DNA of 52,315 bases, the filler included, from Sphacelaria rigidula (lineage: Eukaryota), in assembly GCA_964200075.2 (NCBI GenBank). It is 4 parts of 4 records of this genome, joined end to end, with 100 filler letters (N's around TTAATTAATTAA, not from the genome) between each part and the next. Parts side by side here need not be neighbours in the genome. Positions count along the whole stretch, not along the records: positions 13,106 to 26,109 come from CAXNAA020003237.1; 3 more parts are not named here. One strand, given 5' to 3'. The stretch's first letter is position 1; each line of letters starts with the position of its first letter. Both the position numbers and the translations under genes were made by a program. The notes under the pieces were generated by a model that saw only the letters and a list, made by a program, of their open reading frames with translations, made no database searches and was not told the DNA's origin. Below, in pieces: positions 13,821-24,813 of this stretch.

Positions 13821-14109
13821 GATGCCTCAGAGAATGGATCTAGATGGTCATCACAAATAATGCAGATTATTCGGTCATCCCCAGGGCGAGACCCCGGCGC
13901 CCACACGACAGAACCATCACCCGCGAAAACCGCGGGTAGCAGCGTCATGCGGACTTCCCCGATTCCTTTTCGAAAGCCACATCTCGTCTACATGTAATCA
14001 TCCCTCTCTTGACGAGAGTGAGGGAAAGAGCGACATAAGAAGAGACAAGGAGCGGGCTAAGAAATACCGGGTGGGGTACCATTGCCCCGGAGAACCCATC
14101 ATCGGCATC
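13821..14109 (-). ncRNA. Long box C/D snoRNA-like gene, copy 1 (~289 nt)
   Basis: Minus strand reads GATGCC-g-ATGATGG (C-like box) ... ATGA (D') ... GTGATGA (C') CCATCTAGATCCATTCT CTGA (D) GGCATC. Perfect 6-bp terminal stem GATGCC/GGCATC. Confidence 0.8.
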
Positions 14110-14291
14110 CACAACACGAAACCAACATGTAACCAAAGATGGTCAACAATAGCAGCAGCAGCAACAACAAAGAAGACATTCGAGAAAAGAAAGTGGACAC
14201 ACGGAACGGTATTTAGATTATTCAGATTCCCAGAGTAACGAACACGCTCACCACAGCCCAGTACACAACAGTCAGTATTCCGTCTCGTGGG

Positions 14292-14582
14292 CGCCTCAGA
14301 GAATGGATCTAGATGGTCATCACGTAATAGTGCAGATCATTTGGTCATCCCAAGGGCGGGACCCCGGCGCCCACACGAAGCCACCACCATCGAAAACCGT
14401 GGGTAACAGCATCATGCGGACTGCCCTGATTCCTCACCTAACTCGCATCTCCGTTCCCCCCCCCTCCCTTCTTCTTGTCCCCGTTTCGCAGCGAGGACAA
14501 GGGAAGGAGAGAGAAAATGATATACGAGCGGCGGACATAAACAGGGTGGTGTACTATTGCCCCAGAGAATCCATCATCGGCG
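14292..14582 (-). ncRNA. Long box C/D snoRNA-like gene, copy 2 (~291 nt)
   Basis: Same boxes and identical guide. Terminal stem is CGCC/GGCG, a compensatory change relative to TGCC/GGCA in the other copies. Confidence 0.8.
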
Positions 14583-14808
14583 AATCGTATCGAAACGAAC
14601 TCTACGAAAATGAGGAAAACACGACATGCTGGCAACGACAGACACAATAGCAGCAGCAGTAGCAGCAGCAACAACAACAACAACAATGACACTATAGTAG
14701 CACGAAACGTTGGACAACATTACCATGGGGAGGTATTTAAAATCTTCAAATGGTATATGACGCGCACGCTGCAGTGCAGTACAGTGCAGTATTTCGTATC
14801 TTCGGAGG

Positions 14809-15048
14809 TGCCTCAGAGAATGGATCTAGATGGTCATCACATGATGCAGATTATTTGGTCATCTCCGGGGCGACCCCCGCGCCCACACGACAAGACCGTC
14901 ACCCGCGAAAACCGCGGGCAGCAGCGTCACGCAGACTGCCCCGACTACAGCATACCGCTTCGTCCTCACGCCTAAGCGGTGGGCGTACAGCTGTGGAATG
15001 TTGTCATTGAGGTGGAGTACTACTGCTCCGGAGAATCCATCATCGGCA
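14809..15048 (-). ncRNA. Long box C/D snoRNA-like gene, copy 3 (~240 nt)
   Basis: TGCC-g-ATGATGG ... GTGATGA-CCATCTAGATCCATTCT-CTGA-GGCA, with internal hairpin CCCGCGGTTTTCGCGGG. Confidence 0.8.
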
Positions 15049-15880
15049 AATCGAAACGAAATTCAGACACCTACATACACACACGGGAGAAAACGTACAG
15101 GGAGTTGTTGACTGCAAAAGAAAAAACGACAACTTCTCTCGATCATTTTCTTCTTTCGAGTGCACGCATTTTCTTTTGTTTTGGTCGCAACCAAAACACA
15201 TGACACACAACACAGAACAAGGATAACACCGGTTGGCGACGGCATTTTTTTTCAATCACTAATTACTGTGCCACATTCAGCCCACCGAAACGTCGAGAGC
15301 GGTTCTCATCTACAACGATTTTGTTTTCACCACAAATCCCTCTGCACCATTTTCATCAGATGATTCATCCCCGAGACACGGCTGTCCAACAAACTCCATC
15401 AAAGCATGGCGGGTGAAGTAAAAGTAAATTGTACCACAAAAGTATGAAGGGCCTCAACCCCGTAAGACGACACGTTCCAATTACTTTCTCGTGCCCACAA
15501 AAACCGACACAGGCGAAGGTGTCATCCCCACATATATTTCCATGGATACAACCCAATACAACGACATGCCAAGCAGCCACCTTCGCTCTGAGTCCCACGG
15601 ATGAACAAGAGGCACGTAGCTGCGTGCCGGCTGCATTGCTGAAAAAACATGTTCCGTGGAGAAAGAACATATGAGTCAACAACCAGGATGAAAAAAAACA
15701 TTTTTTTTCATTTTCAAACTCATCACCCCGACGGTTAACCTGGCACACTATCCTCCGTCAAATCGGGAGCACGAATGCCTCGGGTCCTCCCTCTTTCTCC
15801 CCTCTCCCCTCCCCCCCGTAATTGAATACACCACACAGGCTCCATCATTTGAATATCTACAGGTTTATGTGTTGTGTCTT

Positions 15881-16124
15881 GATGCCTCAGAGAATGGATC
15901 TAGATGGTCATCACATAATGCAGAGCATTTGGTCATCTCCGGGGCGACCCCCGCGCCCACACGACAAGACCGTTACCCGCGAAAACCGCGGGCAGCAGCG
16001 TCACGCAGACTGCCCCGACTACAGCATACCGCTCCGACCTCACGCCTAAGCAGTGGGCGTACAGCTGTGGAATGTTGTCATTGGGGTGGAGTACTACTGC
16101 TCCGGAGAATCCATCATCGGCACC
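15881..16124 (-). ncRNA. Long box C/D snoRNA-like gene, copy 4 (~244 nt)
   Basis: Nearly identical to copy 3 inside the RNA but with unrelated flanks. Terminal stem GGTGCC/GGCATC. Confidence 0.8.
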
Positions 16125-17134
16125 GACACGGAATGAAAATAAATCAACATCATTGTACAGCGTCAGCAATTGGCCGTTCGTGCGTTGAAGTACACAGATT
16201 TTTGCGGAACCACCCCCCTCAACGACTTGATTGTCGTATATTACTCGCGTTTTCTTTGTACGCATGAGCTTAAATCCACCGTTCGAGATCGGTTTTATGA
16301 GTTACGCAACGAAACTTGATACAAACGTTCCTTGAACTACCTTGGAACGAGTCAAATTCGAATATTCCATTTTTGAAACAATCTGTACCGGCTTCTGGGC
16401 TTTTGCACGCTCGAACCCTCCAGAAGTTGGTGAGAGAGCGGACAAACTTTCAAATGTTCCTCAACGATTATTATCATTCGCAGAGATATCGACACTAAAT
16501 TGCCAAGCTTGAGGACGATAAGAGCTTCTTTCACGAAGGATTTCGGGGAAAACGTCAAGAGGCCTACTGGATCGTCGATGCATATCATCAGAGTAAATCC
16601 GACGATACGACAACCCTATGTCACGCAAATAACACACGTTCTCGGGTGTAGCTCAGTCAAATACAAACCGTTCTCGAATATGCTTTCTACTCTAGATTCC
16701 TCAGACGATGGATGTCACAAAGGTTCGATTCGTGATGACATTGGGTACAGATTGAGACGGGGAGACACATTATGATTTCAGAACAACTTGAAGGCCACTG
16801 ATTGGTCCAGAAACATTTTCACCATCGGCGCCACGGTGAAGGATGCAAGATAAAATCTGGCTATGTCAAACTGTTCGCTCGCTTGTGGGGGTCACTATGA
16901 TCACCATGATACCATATTTCTTTCCATGGGATCAATTCCGCGTTTTGTAACTGGGAAATCAATTTCAGGCATTTGTGCTGAACCAACATGCACAATTTTC
17001 TCGTCAAATATCACGCAATCGACAGGTTTTATCCTTTAAATTTCCTTACTTCGAAATTCACGTCGACGACCTCAACTAATGGGTCAATCTATCTGTGAAA
17101 AAAAAACGAATAAACAGAGTGCTTTTCGATTGGT

Positions 17135-17356
17135 TGCCTCAGAGAATGGATCTAGATGGTCATCATGCAATGGCAGGTAATCTTTGTCATCTTCCAATGC
17201 GCCCCAGGCGCCCATGTGCTAAGAGCTACCCACGAGAACCGCAGACAGTCTCAGCACAAGGGCTGCCCTTAGTTTAAAAACGCACGTCCAACCAGGAGGC
17301 GAGGACCATGCATAAAAAATAGGGTTGGTGCACACCAGAGGAATTCATCATTGGCA
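17135..17356 (-). ncRNA. Long box C/D snoRNA-like gene, copy 5 (divergent, ~222 nt)
   Basis: Canonical box C ATGATGA after TGCC-A. The interior is strongly diverged, yet the 30-nt C'-guide-D-GGC block is identical to the other copies. Confidence 0.8.
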
Positions 17357-18086
17357 CTTGAAAAGCACTTGTTTCTGTCTATCCTGCATCTGTTGAAAAT
17401 TGGGTCTTGAACGATGGCCCCGGCTTGCAATGAACAAAATTTGTGAATTTCCGGAATATTTTCAGCGCAAAAAAAAGACATATCAACCAACCCCCGACAG
17501 TCACTCGACGCGCGCCATGCTTTTTTTGTTCACCCGGCATCGTTTCCACCTGATGAATTAGCTACAGTATGAAGCTGTCCATCCCCGTCTGTACTCAGAG
17601 GAATCAAATCAAGCAAGAAATCGACACTGCCATACACAAGACAATAATTGAAATGGAGTGTCGTCCAATATTTAATATTTCAGTTACCATCCGTCGCCCC
17701 AACCTTGCGGAACTGTCGATGGCCATATGCTCGTGACGCAAAATCTCCTCCGTGTTTATTTCTCTTCCCGACTCCTCACCCCACTCCCCCTGTCCCCCCC
17801 CCGTGCTCCGTTTCGCGAGGGATGCGAAGTCAATGGCCAAACGACCAAGGCAAGCAACGCATGGGTACACCACCTGCTCCCCTATTTCCCCCGACACGTG
17901 CCCGACATTTTGGAGTCGCGGATTGGATCAGCACCCTTCACACACTCCCACCTCGTCTCGACTTCATTGATCGACTGCTTGTTGCAGACTGACTCATCCG
18001 TTCAGAGACCCAGCGGGGGGCAAAACATAGACAAGGCGGAAACACTCACCGAAGGAGAACTCGAGGAATGAGGAATATCAAGTAGA

Positions 18087-18331
18087 CCCTTTTGGAACCA
18101 TTGATGTAAAAGCAACAATCTACCAACTCCCATTCGCGAGCGTTCTTTCGTAACCCGAAAATCGTCAATTTGAGTTCGGTGTACGAATTTGTCACATTGC
18201 CATACTTCAACTGAGAGTGGTTCATCGTTTGGTGCGCTGTATCAGAAGACACTTGCAAGGAAACAACTAGATTTTGCGCAAGGAAACGTCAATTATGATT
18301 CGTCACCCTTTCTTCAACGGTTCCAAAAGGG
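18087..18331. mobile_element. piggyBac-like MITE
   Basis: TIRs CCCTTTTGGAACC(A/G)TTGA. Flanks are TAGA/TTAG, so the TSD is imperfect. Confidence 0.6.
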
Positions 18332-19144
18332 TTAGAGAGATAGAGACAGGGACGCAAACAGAGAGCAAACACATTTCACGTTATGTGCGTTGATTTGATT
18401 TCACTCACTGTTTCATCGATTCATTTATTGTCGCACTGTCACCAATCCCCCAGGGTCCCACCCACCATCACTATCCACAACATGAAGCGTATCCAAGGTA
18501 AAACAGAATTATACGTGAAAAAATACAACGAAGGGAGGAGAAAGCCGAAGCGAAAAACATTACTGTAATAATCAAGAAAAAATAATGCAAGCAGAAGATG
18601 AGAAAAAATATATATATGAAGAGGGAGGAGGGAGAATCAACGAAATAACTAGAAGTGGCCGGCCATTGCACAACAGTCAACAAAAAAACAGTGTGTGAGA
18701 GAGAAAGGGGAAAATGGAGAGAAGAAGGGTGGTTTTTACGTCATGCACGAACCATCGAAAAGCATACATGTCATTTCATTCAACGATCAGGCACAGGGAC
18801 AGGAGGACAAAAATAAGTGTTCTGCGATGGTGGAGTCGCCAGTTTTTCCTCAAGGTGAAGTGCCGTGCATTTGTGTGCTCATTCAAGAGCCCCCCCCTCC
18901 TATCCACCCTTCTCCCTTTGTTTTCACGACATCCAGGGTCCCACTGATTGCATACCTGGTCCACACACACCACAGCTATAATAGCAGAAAACATGCACGC
19001 GCCGAGGATCCCTCCATGAATCAAAGATTACGTCACATGTACACACCAAAGATTGATACCGTGCAGGACTGCTTCATATAACCGCAGCAGCAACAATGGA
19101 GACAAAAAACGACACAAGACCAGAGGCGAGGGCATCGCTCTCAC

Positions 19145-19290
19145 CCATCGTAGTCCATGCACAGCACTCGGTGCCCGCGAGTCTTGATTACCCTCTTGCA
19201 CTCTCCGCTAGCGATGTCCCAGTGCCGCAGCAACAGGTTTTGGCTGGCCGTCACGATTTCCCGATCGTTGGGGTGAAGAGCGAACGACAC
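19145..19290 (-). CDS. TBL3: Next exon of TBL3/UTP13-like WD40 protein
   Basis: caacag acceptor and gtgaga donor. Encodes VSFALHPNDREIVTASQNLLLRHWDIASGECKRVIKTRGHRVLCMDYDG, a WD repeat resembling TBL3 (F.L.P....LVTASR.LLL..W). The first exon and all downstream exons were not located. Confidence 0.78.
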
Positions 19291-19358
19291 CTGTTGACAC
19301 ACCAATACCAACACCAGAAGCAAACATATCATGCGTGTGTGTGAGTTTAGTGCACACG

Positions 19359-20216
19359 AGACCCACTTTCATGGCAGGCACGAATCTCGATTTTTCACAA
19401 CAGCGGGGGGAAAAAAATAGGGAACGCGTTGTTTGAACATGGATTTGGACCAAATCGGGGGGTGACGATCTCGGAACGGTTTCCCCCAATTTTCCGGGAA
19501 AAATCGGGGCAAATCGTTCCGAAATCGTGACTCCCTCCGATTTTTCTTGAGGTGACGCAAGTGCATTGACGTACATCGCCAGAGTACGAGGCGTTTGATA
19601 TTTTCGCAACGGCAGCAGAAGACAGTCTCGTGACAGCACAGGACGTGCCTGCTGCCCGCCCCGGCTGCTGAAGCAACTCCGCTCAGGGTTTGACAAGATA
19701 AGGAGTGCTGACGCCGTACCCTGTGGCGATGGTGATATTTCATGCTGCGCTGCGCTGCCATCTGTCATCACTATAACGAACGCTACTGTACTCTCCTAGC
19801 TGGTGTAGCTGTACTTGAGGGGTGATGTACGGCACTGCACTACTGAACTTTGCTCGCGCACTGTTTCTTCTCTGTTCTCGCAATACTAGTCATGCCATCA
19901 TGTACAACCACACGGCAATACCATGTATTACTGTACTGATGTCGTGTCTGCACTCTATCACCCCAGGGTACCAAGTTACGAGACTGTAATCAACGGATAG
20001 TTTACAGCCTGCTTGCTCTTCGGCTTCATGGACAAGTACGCAATACCACACATGCAGAAAATGACCGTGTACAGAACCGTTCCACAAATCTGTGATACCG
20101 CAGTCTGTGCCATAAAATGGTCCCCCCGATTTTGAGTCCACGAATTTGAGTCCCCCCGATTCTTCCAGAACCGGGGTCCCAAACAATCGAGATTTGTTGC
20201 CATAAAAAGTGGGTCT
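19359..20216. mobile_element. ~0.85-kb TIR element (family B), copy 2, in a TBL3 intron
   Basis: AGACCCACTTTCATGGCA ... TGCCATAAAAAGTGGGTCT. Inverted partial copies at ~24390-24810 and ~42560-42720. Confidence 0.75.
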
Positions 20217-22210
20217 GAGCACGGTTACCAGAGAAGTCACGTAGCGGTCGGTCTGCTTGTGACCGTGTCTTGTGTGAGAGAACGGAGAGGGCGCGGGGAG
20301 GGGGGGGGAGACTGTGACTAGCATTGAGCCCCGGTGTGTTTTGTTTCATGACCACTCGCACCCAACTCGGATCCTGTGAAGGAAGGAGTACTCATTTGTT
20401 GCTCGTCCTAGTCGTTTGAACGTTGACCACGCCGAGGGGGGGAGGGGGGGTACTCATTTGTTGCTCGTCCTAGTCGTTTGAACGTTGACCACGCAGAGGG
20501 GGGGAGGGGGGATACTCATTTGTTGCTTGACTTATGACTGTCGTTTGAACACCGACCACGCATCCCTTCCGAGACGGAGCACCGTGCCGAATTTTTATAG
20601 GAACACCTCCAACATTCCGGTGCTCATTTGGTGGGGGGGGGTACTCATTACCGACATGATACACCGGTGCACCCTGGCATCATGAAGCCCGTGGGACTTC
20701 CGCCAAGTCTTGACCGTCGTGCTAGCCGTGCGTGGGGGTGTTTTAGTCCGTACTCTTGTCCGACTGAGTCAGTTACGCTTTTGCAGATAAGGGAGGAAAG
20801 CCTTCTAGTTGTATTTTACAGCAGGTTCGTTCCACTTTCGTTCCACTGTTGAAGATTCCTCAGTATTGAGGGGGGGGGGGGGAAGAGAAGCACGATTTCA
20901 CGTACTGTGATACTCTTCGGAATTCACCTCACCAAACAGGATCACTGTTCACAAGCTGGTGCCCCTCATACTTGAATATCACGAAAAAACGGCGTCGTTC
21001 GACCAAACTACGTCATAACGTGATATAACACCATAGGTCACCAGAAATACACAGCGCCCTGCACATAGTCGTCGAGCTCCACTTGTTACAGCTCAATTAC
21101 CCCGTTACGGGAACAGAAACATCACCACACAAGTGTCCCGCGTGTGGAACACAAACTAGTTCCAGTTACAACGTCGAGGGATTGTAAAGAGCACCAGCTC
21201 ATCATGTATGGCATGATCCAACCACCCTTGGACCGCACGCCCCTCGCCATGCATGTACACCCCGGGCTGACGGACCTACACCCCCGCCCAGAAGCGCGCC
21301 ATGGGTCTCTACTCAACCCTGGCCTTCTAACTCCGGGCACCATGGACCCGAAAACAGCACGAGAAATCGAGGAACGAGGAAGATATCCAAGGTTGCAGTC
21401 CAAGACGCAAACACACGCATGACACACAAAGCACCCACACACACATCTTCAAACCTAAACGGAACGTCATCTCTCATTTTTCGACGCCAACACACCCCAC
21501 GCAAAGACCCATGACATGAATGCGGGAAACATACATGAGAATCTACATCCTGTATTTTCTGTGACGATCTCAATGAACGCGGGTATGCCCATACAGGTGC
21601 CAAAACTGCGCGAGTTGAGCGCTCACTTTTCTTGCGGTAAGTTTTTTCTTTGAAAACATGATAGTATACACAAGAATTCGACTCAAAGGTTGACGAGAGA
21701 AAGGGATCATGCTGAACCCCTCTCGCGATAAAAAGTAAGGCAAGCACCGCAGAAGGAAGGTGGAGTACTAATAACAAAATAAAAAAAGTCCTGTGTCGTC
21801 CTTCCTCGTATGGGACCCAGGCTGCTGCGCTCACAAATACCGAAAGGTCTAGACTGGCATCCAGAATAGATGGGATGTCAACACAGTACAGCTGACGCCA
21901 TCGGAGCTGGGGAAAACACAGCTTCGACTTCTCCCAGGTGCGTCTAGTGTGGATTATTTTCGCTCTCAGAGGTATCCAATCAGCTGAGTGTTGAATAAGA
22001 GTCGACGCGGTGCAGGAGTGCTGATAGTCATATGATCCAGTCCGCGATTTTCGAAATGCAAGGCATGTACCGGGGGAAACATAAGTGGGCTAAGTGATTC
22101 CTTGACATCACGGACTCGTTCCTTGAGAGGGGAGAAGGTGGAGAGAAGTTGGGAAAAGAATAACAAATTGAGGCGGTTGCCGAGAAGTAAAAAGGGCGGT
22201 CAGAACTCAC

Positions 22211-22352
22211 GATCTCTTCTTCCGCTCCTTCGCTTTCATCATTCCTCAATCGCCTCGTCGCTACGCCTTCTTCAACATCTACGAAGGAAACATCAGCCTC
22301 GTACAGACAGGCCAAGAAACTTCCGTCGCCGCTCAGATCAACCTTTCCTCCG
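22211..22352 (-). CDS. TBL3: Internal exon of WD40 protein, transducin beta-like 3 / U3-associated UTP13
   Basis: cag acceptor and gtgagt donor. Encodes GGKVDLSGDGSFLACLYEADVSFVDVEEGVATRRLRNDESEGAEEEI, matching the TBL3 N-terminal pattern (Y.GG...L...G..L.C). Joins the next exon in phase 0. Confidence 0.75.
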
Positions 22353-23726
22353 CTGCATGAATCAGAGTGGGGGAGAAGAGACAAAAATAAGTGGAGCAAG
22401 CATACGGAGACAAGAAAAAAAGGGGAGCGAGAAAAGGGAAATTTTATATAAAAAAAGAGAGTGTAAAAGAAGGAGACGTGAACACAGACGGGAACTGCTC
22501 CTTACTCCCGTGACACATGTATGACAGTGTCAGGGATCAAGTACAAGAAAGCCGTCAGTAGATTTCACCTCGGCTCGCTCACAAAATATCAGTGTAGTGT
22601 GGTGCCGTGGTAGGTAGTAGGAGGGCCTGGATGTAAGAGTAGAATGTTCCCGGGGATCATATCATCTCCTTACAACGCAGTATTACAGTGGTACTACACT
22701 GCACCGTACTTTAGGTGAAGGTCGAGAATGGCCCAGGGCCTGAGGGCATGTCTTAGCACATAAATTTTCGATCGAAAAAGTACGGTTAAAAACAAAAAAT
22801 CCTGTTCTGATAGGTCGTATTTCGACCATCGTCGTTGATTTCGAATGAGCGTTTCCGACCGTGGAACACAGTTCGTTTTACTTTGGTGCAATGAGCACGT
22901 AGAATTAAAAAAAACTGTACATTTCTTCGCAAATACAGAGAACCATCATCCCCATGGTGGGACCTACGTCACTACAACAGTGGCGAACTACAGATGACAG
23001 TACACGAAAACTTAGAACGGCTTCACGGGGTTCAAAGACTAAAGACTACACGAACACTTGCAGTAGCACATGTGCACGGGATCGTCAACATCGATCGGCT
23101 TCATGCACATTCACAGAGTACAAAGAGAAGCATTCACGGCTGCCCGCTTTCTGGAAGCCCTTTGGCACGAAAAAATCGTCGACAGCCTCGACTTCCGCTG
23201 GCCGTTTATACTCTTTGCTATGCACGTGACAGCAGCGTCGAGTTTGATGACCACGACGGGACCATGGACGTCGATGATGTACGTCTCGCTACTTGATACC
23301 CGGGTGTCGCAGATGAACCGCCCCCGCTCGAGCCACCACTCTAGTCTGGGGGCAGTCCACCCTAACGGTCTGCGGCAGAGCTGCTCATGTTTCGTGTTTC
23401 GACTCAGCAGTACTTCGTATCTCGTCAGATTTCAGACTAAAGAACCCGTCAACATTGATTTTTTGTTGGTGTGCGGTGTTGAATGAAAGAGTAGAGTGGG
23501 ATGATCGATGGGAGGCACAAGTTCAGGACATGAGGTTGTGCTAGGATTGAACCTATATCTTCACCATCCCCAAGGTATACACCTGTGTTCGTACCTGCAA
23601 TCTCGAATTATCTCCCATGGTATAACTTAATCCCGTGTTAGTGGGGGATCGGTCCGAAAAGATTCAATACGGGACATTAGATCAGCCCCGGATCGCAACG
23701 GCACTATGTCACGTAACTCTCCTCAA

Positions 23727-23822
23727 CCCTTAGACCGCGAGGTTAGTCTTCTGTTGAAACGGATCAATTCCAAGTGAAAAAAGTATGCATGATACAGAAG
23801 GACTAATCTCGCGGTCTAAGGG
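23727..23822. mobile_element. 96-bp piggyBac-like MITE
   Basis: ~30-bp TIRs starting CCCTTAGACCGCGAG, flanked by TCAA/TTGA (decayed TTAA). Partial relatives at ~25912 and 40011-40051. Confidence 0.75.
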
Positions 23823-24813
23823 TTGAGCGTAAAAGACCGAAGCGTTATGAGTTTTGAGTCAATTCATTGTGTCGATGCAGAGAAACTCGGAACCCATTTC
23901 CGGAGAGAAACGGTGTGGTAATTGTGACGTTCGTGAACGGAAACGGGCGGGAATAGAGCCGAACGTGTGAACATCGACAAGCCCCCCGATTGTTGTGTGA
24001 CAAATCCGGAGAGAAATCGGTGTAGATTGTGCGTTTTGCTTTTTTCACGTTTCTGATTATTTTTCGTAGCTTTTTTGAGCAAAGTAAGAGAAGGTATACC
24101 ATGTCTCGGCCATTGCCCTCTTTGTTTTTGGAACGTGGAGCAGATACAAGTGCTTTCCGATTCTGATTGTAATGAGCGATGGCAAGCGAAAGAGCCTGAG
24201 AAAATGGGCAAATATGAATAAATTGCATAATGAACAATTCAGGCGCACACTCCTGGAGGCGAAAGACATTGCCCAACGGCCTGGGGTCCGAAAATCAATC
24301 CGCGAGAGAAAATCGGCTGTGGGCGGGCTGAAATCCGCATAGTTGTACATGTACGGATTAGTTGCCATACAGTATGGTCGTGATGGTTCAAGACCATCTT
24401 CAACGGCAACAAATCTCGATATTTTCAAGACCTCGAATTCTTTACTCGTAAAATCAAGGCTCAAAATTTGGGGGACCGTTTCACGGTTTCACAGATTTGT
24501 GAAACAGTTCTGTATACAGACAAGTCATTTTCTGCATGAAGGGTATCGCATACTCGTGCATGAAGCCAAGGAGAAGGCAGGCGGTGAATAATTCTCTGGG
24601 TGCAGCACACTCCCATCATTACAGTACATGTCAATGCCGTGTGGTATTACATGATGGCATAGTCGGTATTGCGAGAACAGCGGACATTGCGAGAACAGCG
24701 GACAACAGTGTGCAAGGGTTCGGCAGTGCGGTGGATACATTACCCTGCAAGTACAGCAACAACAGACCAGGTTACGTGACATATGGCAGCGCAGTGCAGC
24801 ATAGAATATAGGT

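Noticed and set aside
13821-17356. Recurring peptide PQRMDLDGHH / ASENGSRWSSH in several ORFs, and a possible CRISPR-like array
   Set aside because: Conservation is at nucleotide level with no synonymous variation, frames break right after the motif, spacing is 0.5-1.25 kb, and no cas genes are present. C/D boxes with terminal stems explain the pattern better.
13821-17356. U3 or U14 snoRNA identity
   Set aside because: No U3 5' domain (GAC box, box A'/A) upstream of the stems, and no U14 domain A/B sequences.
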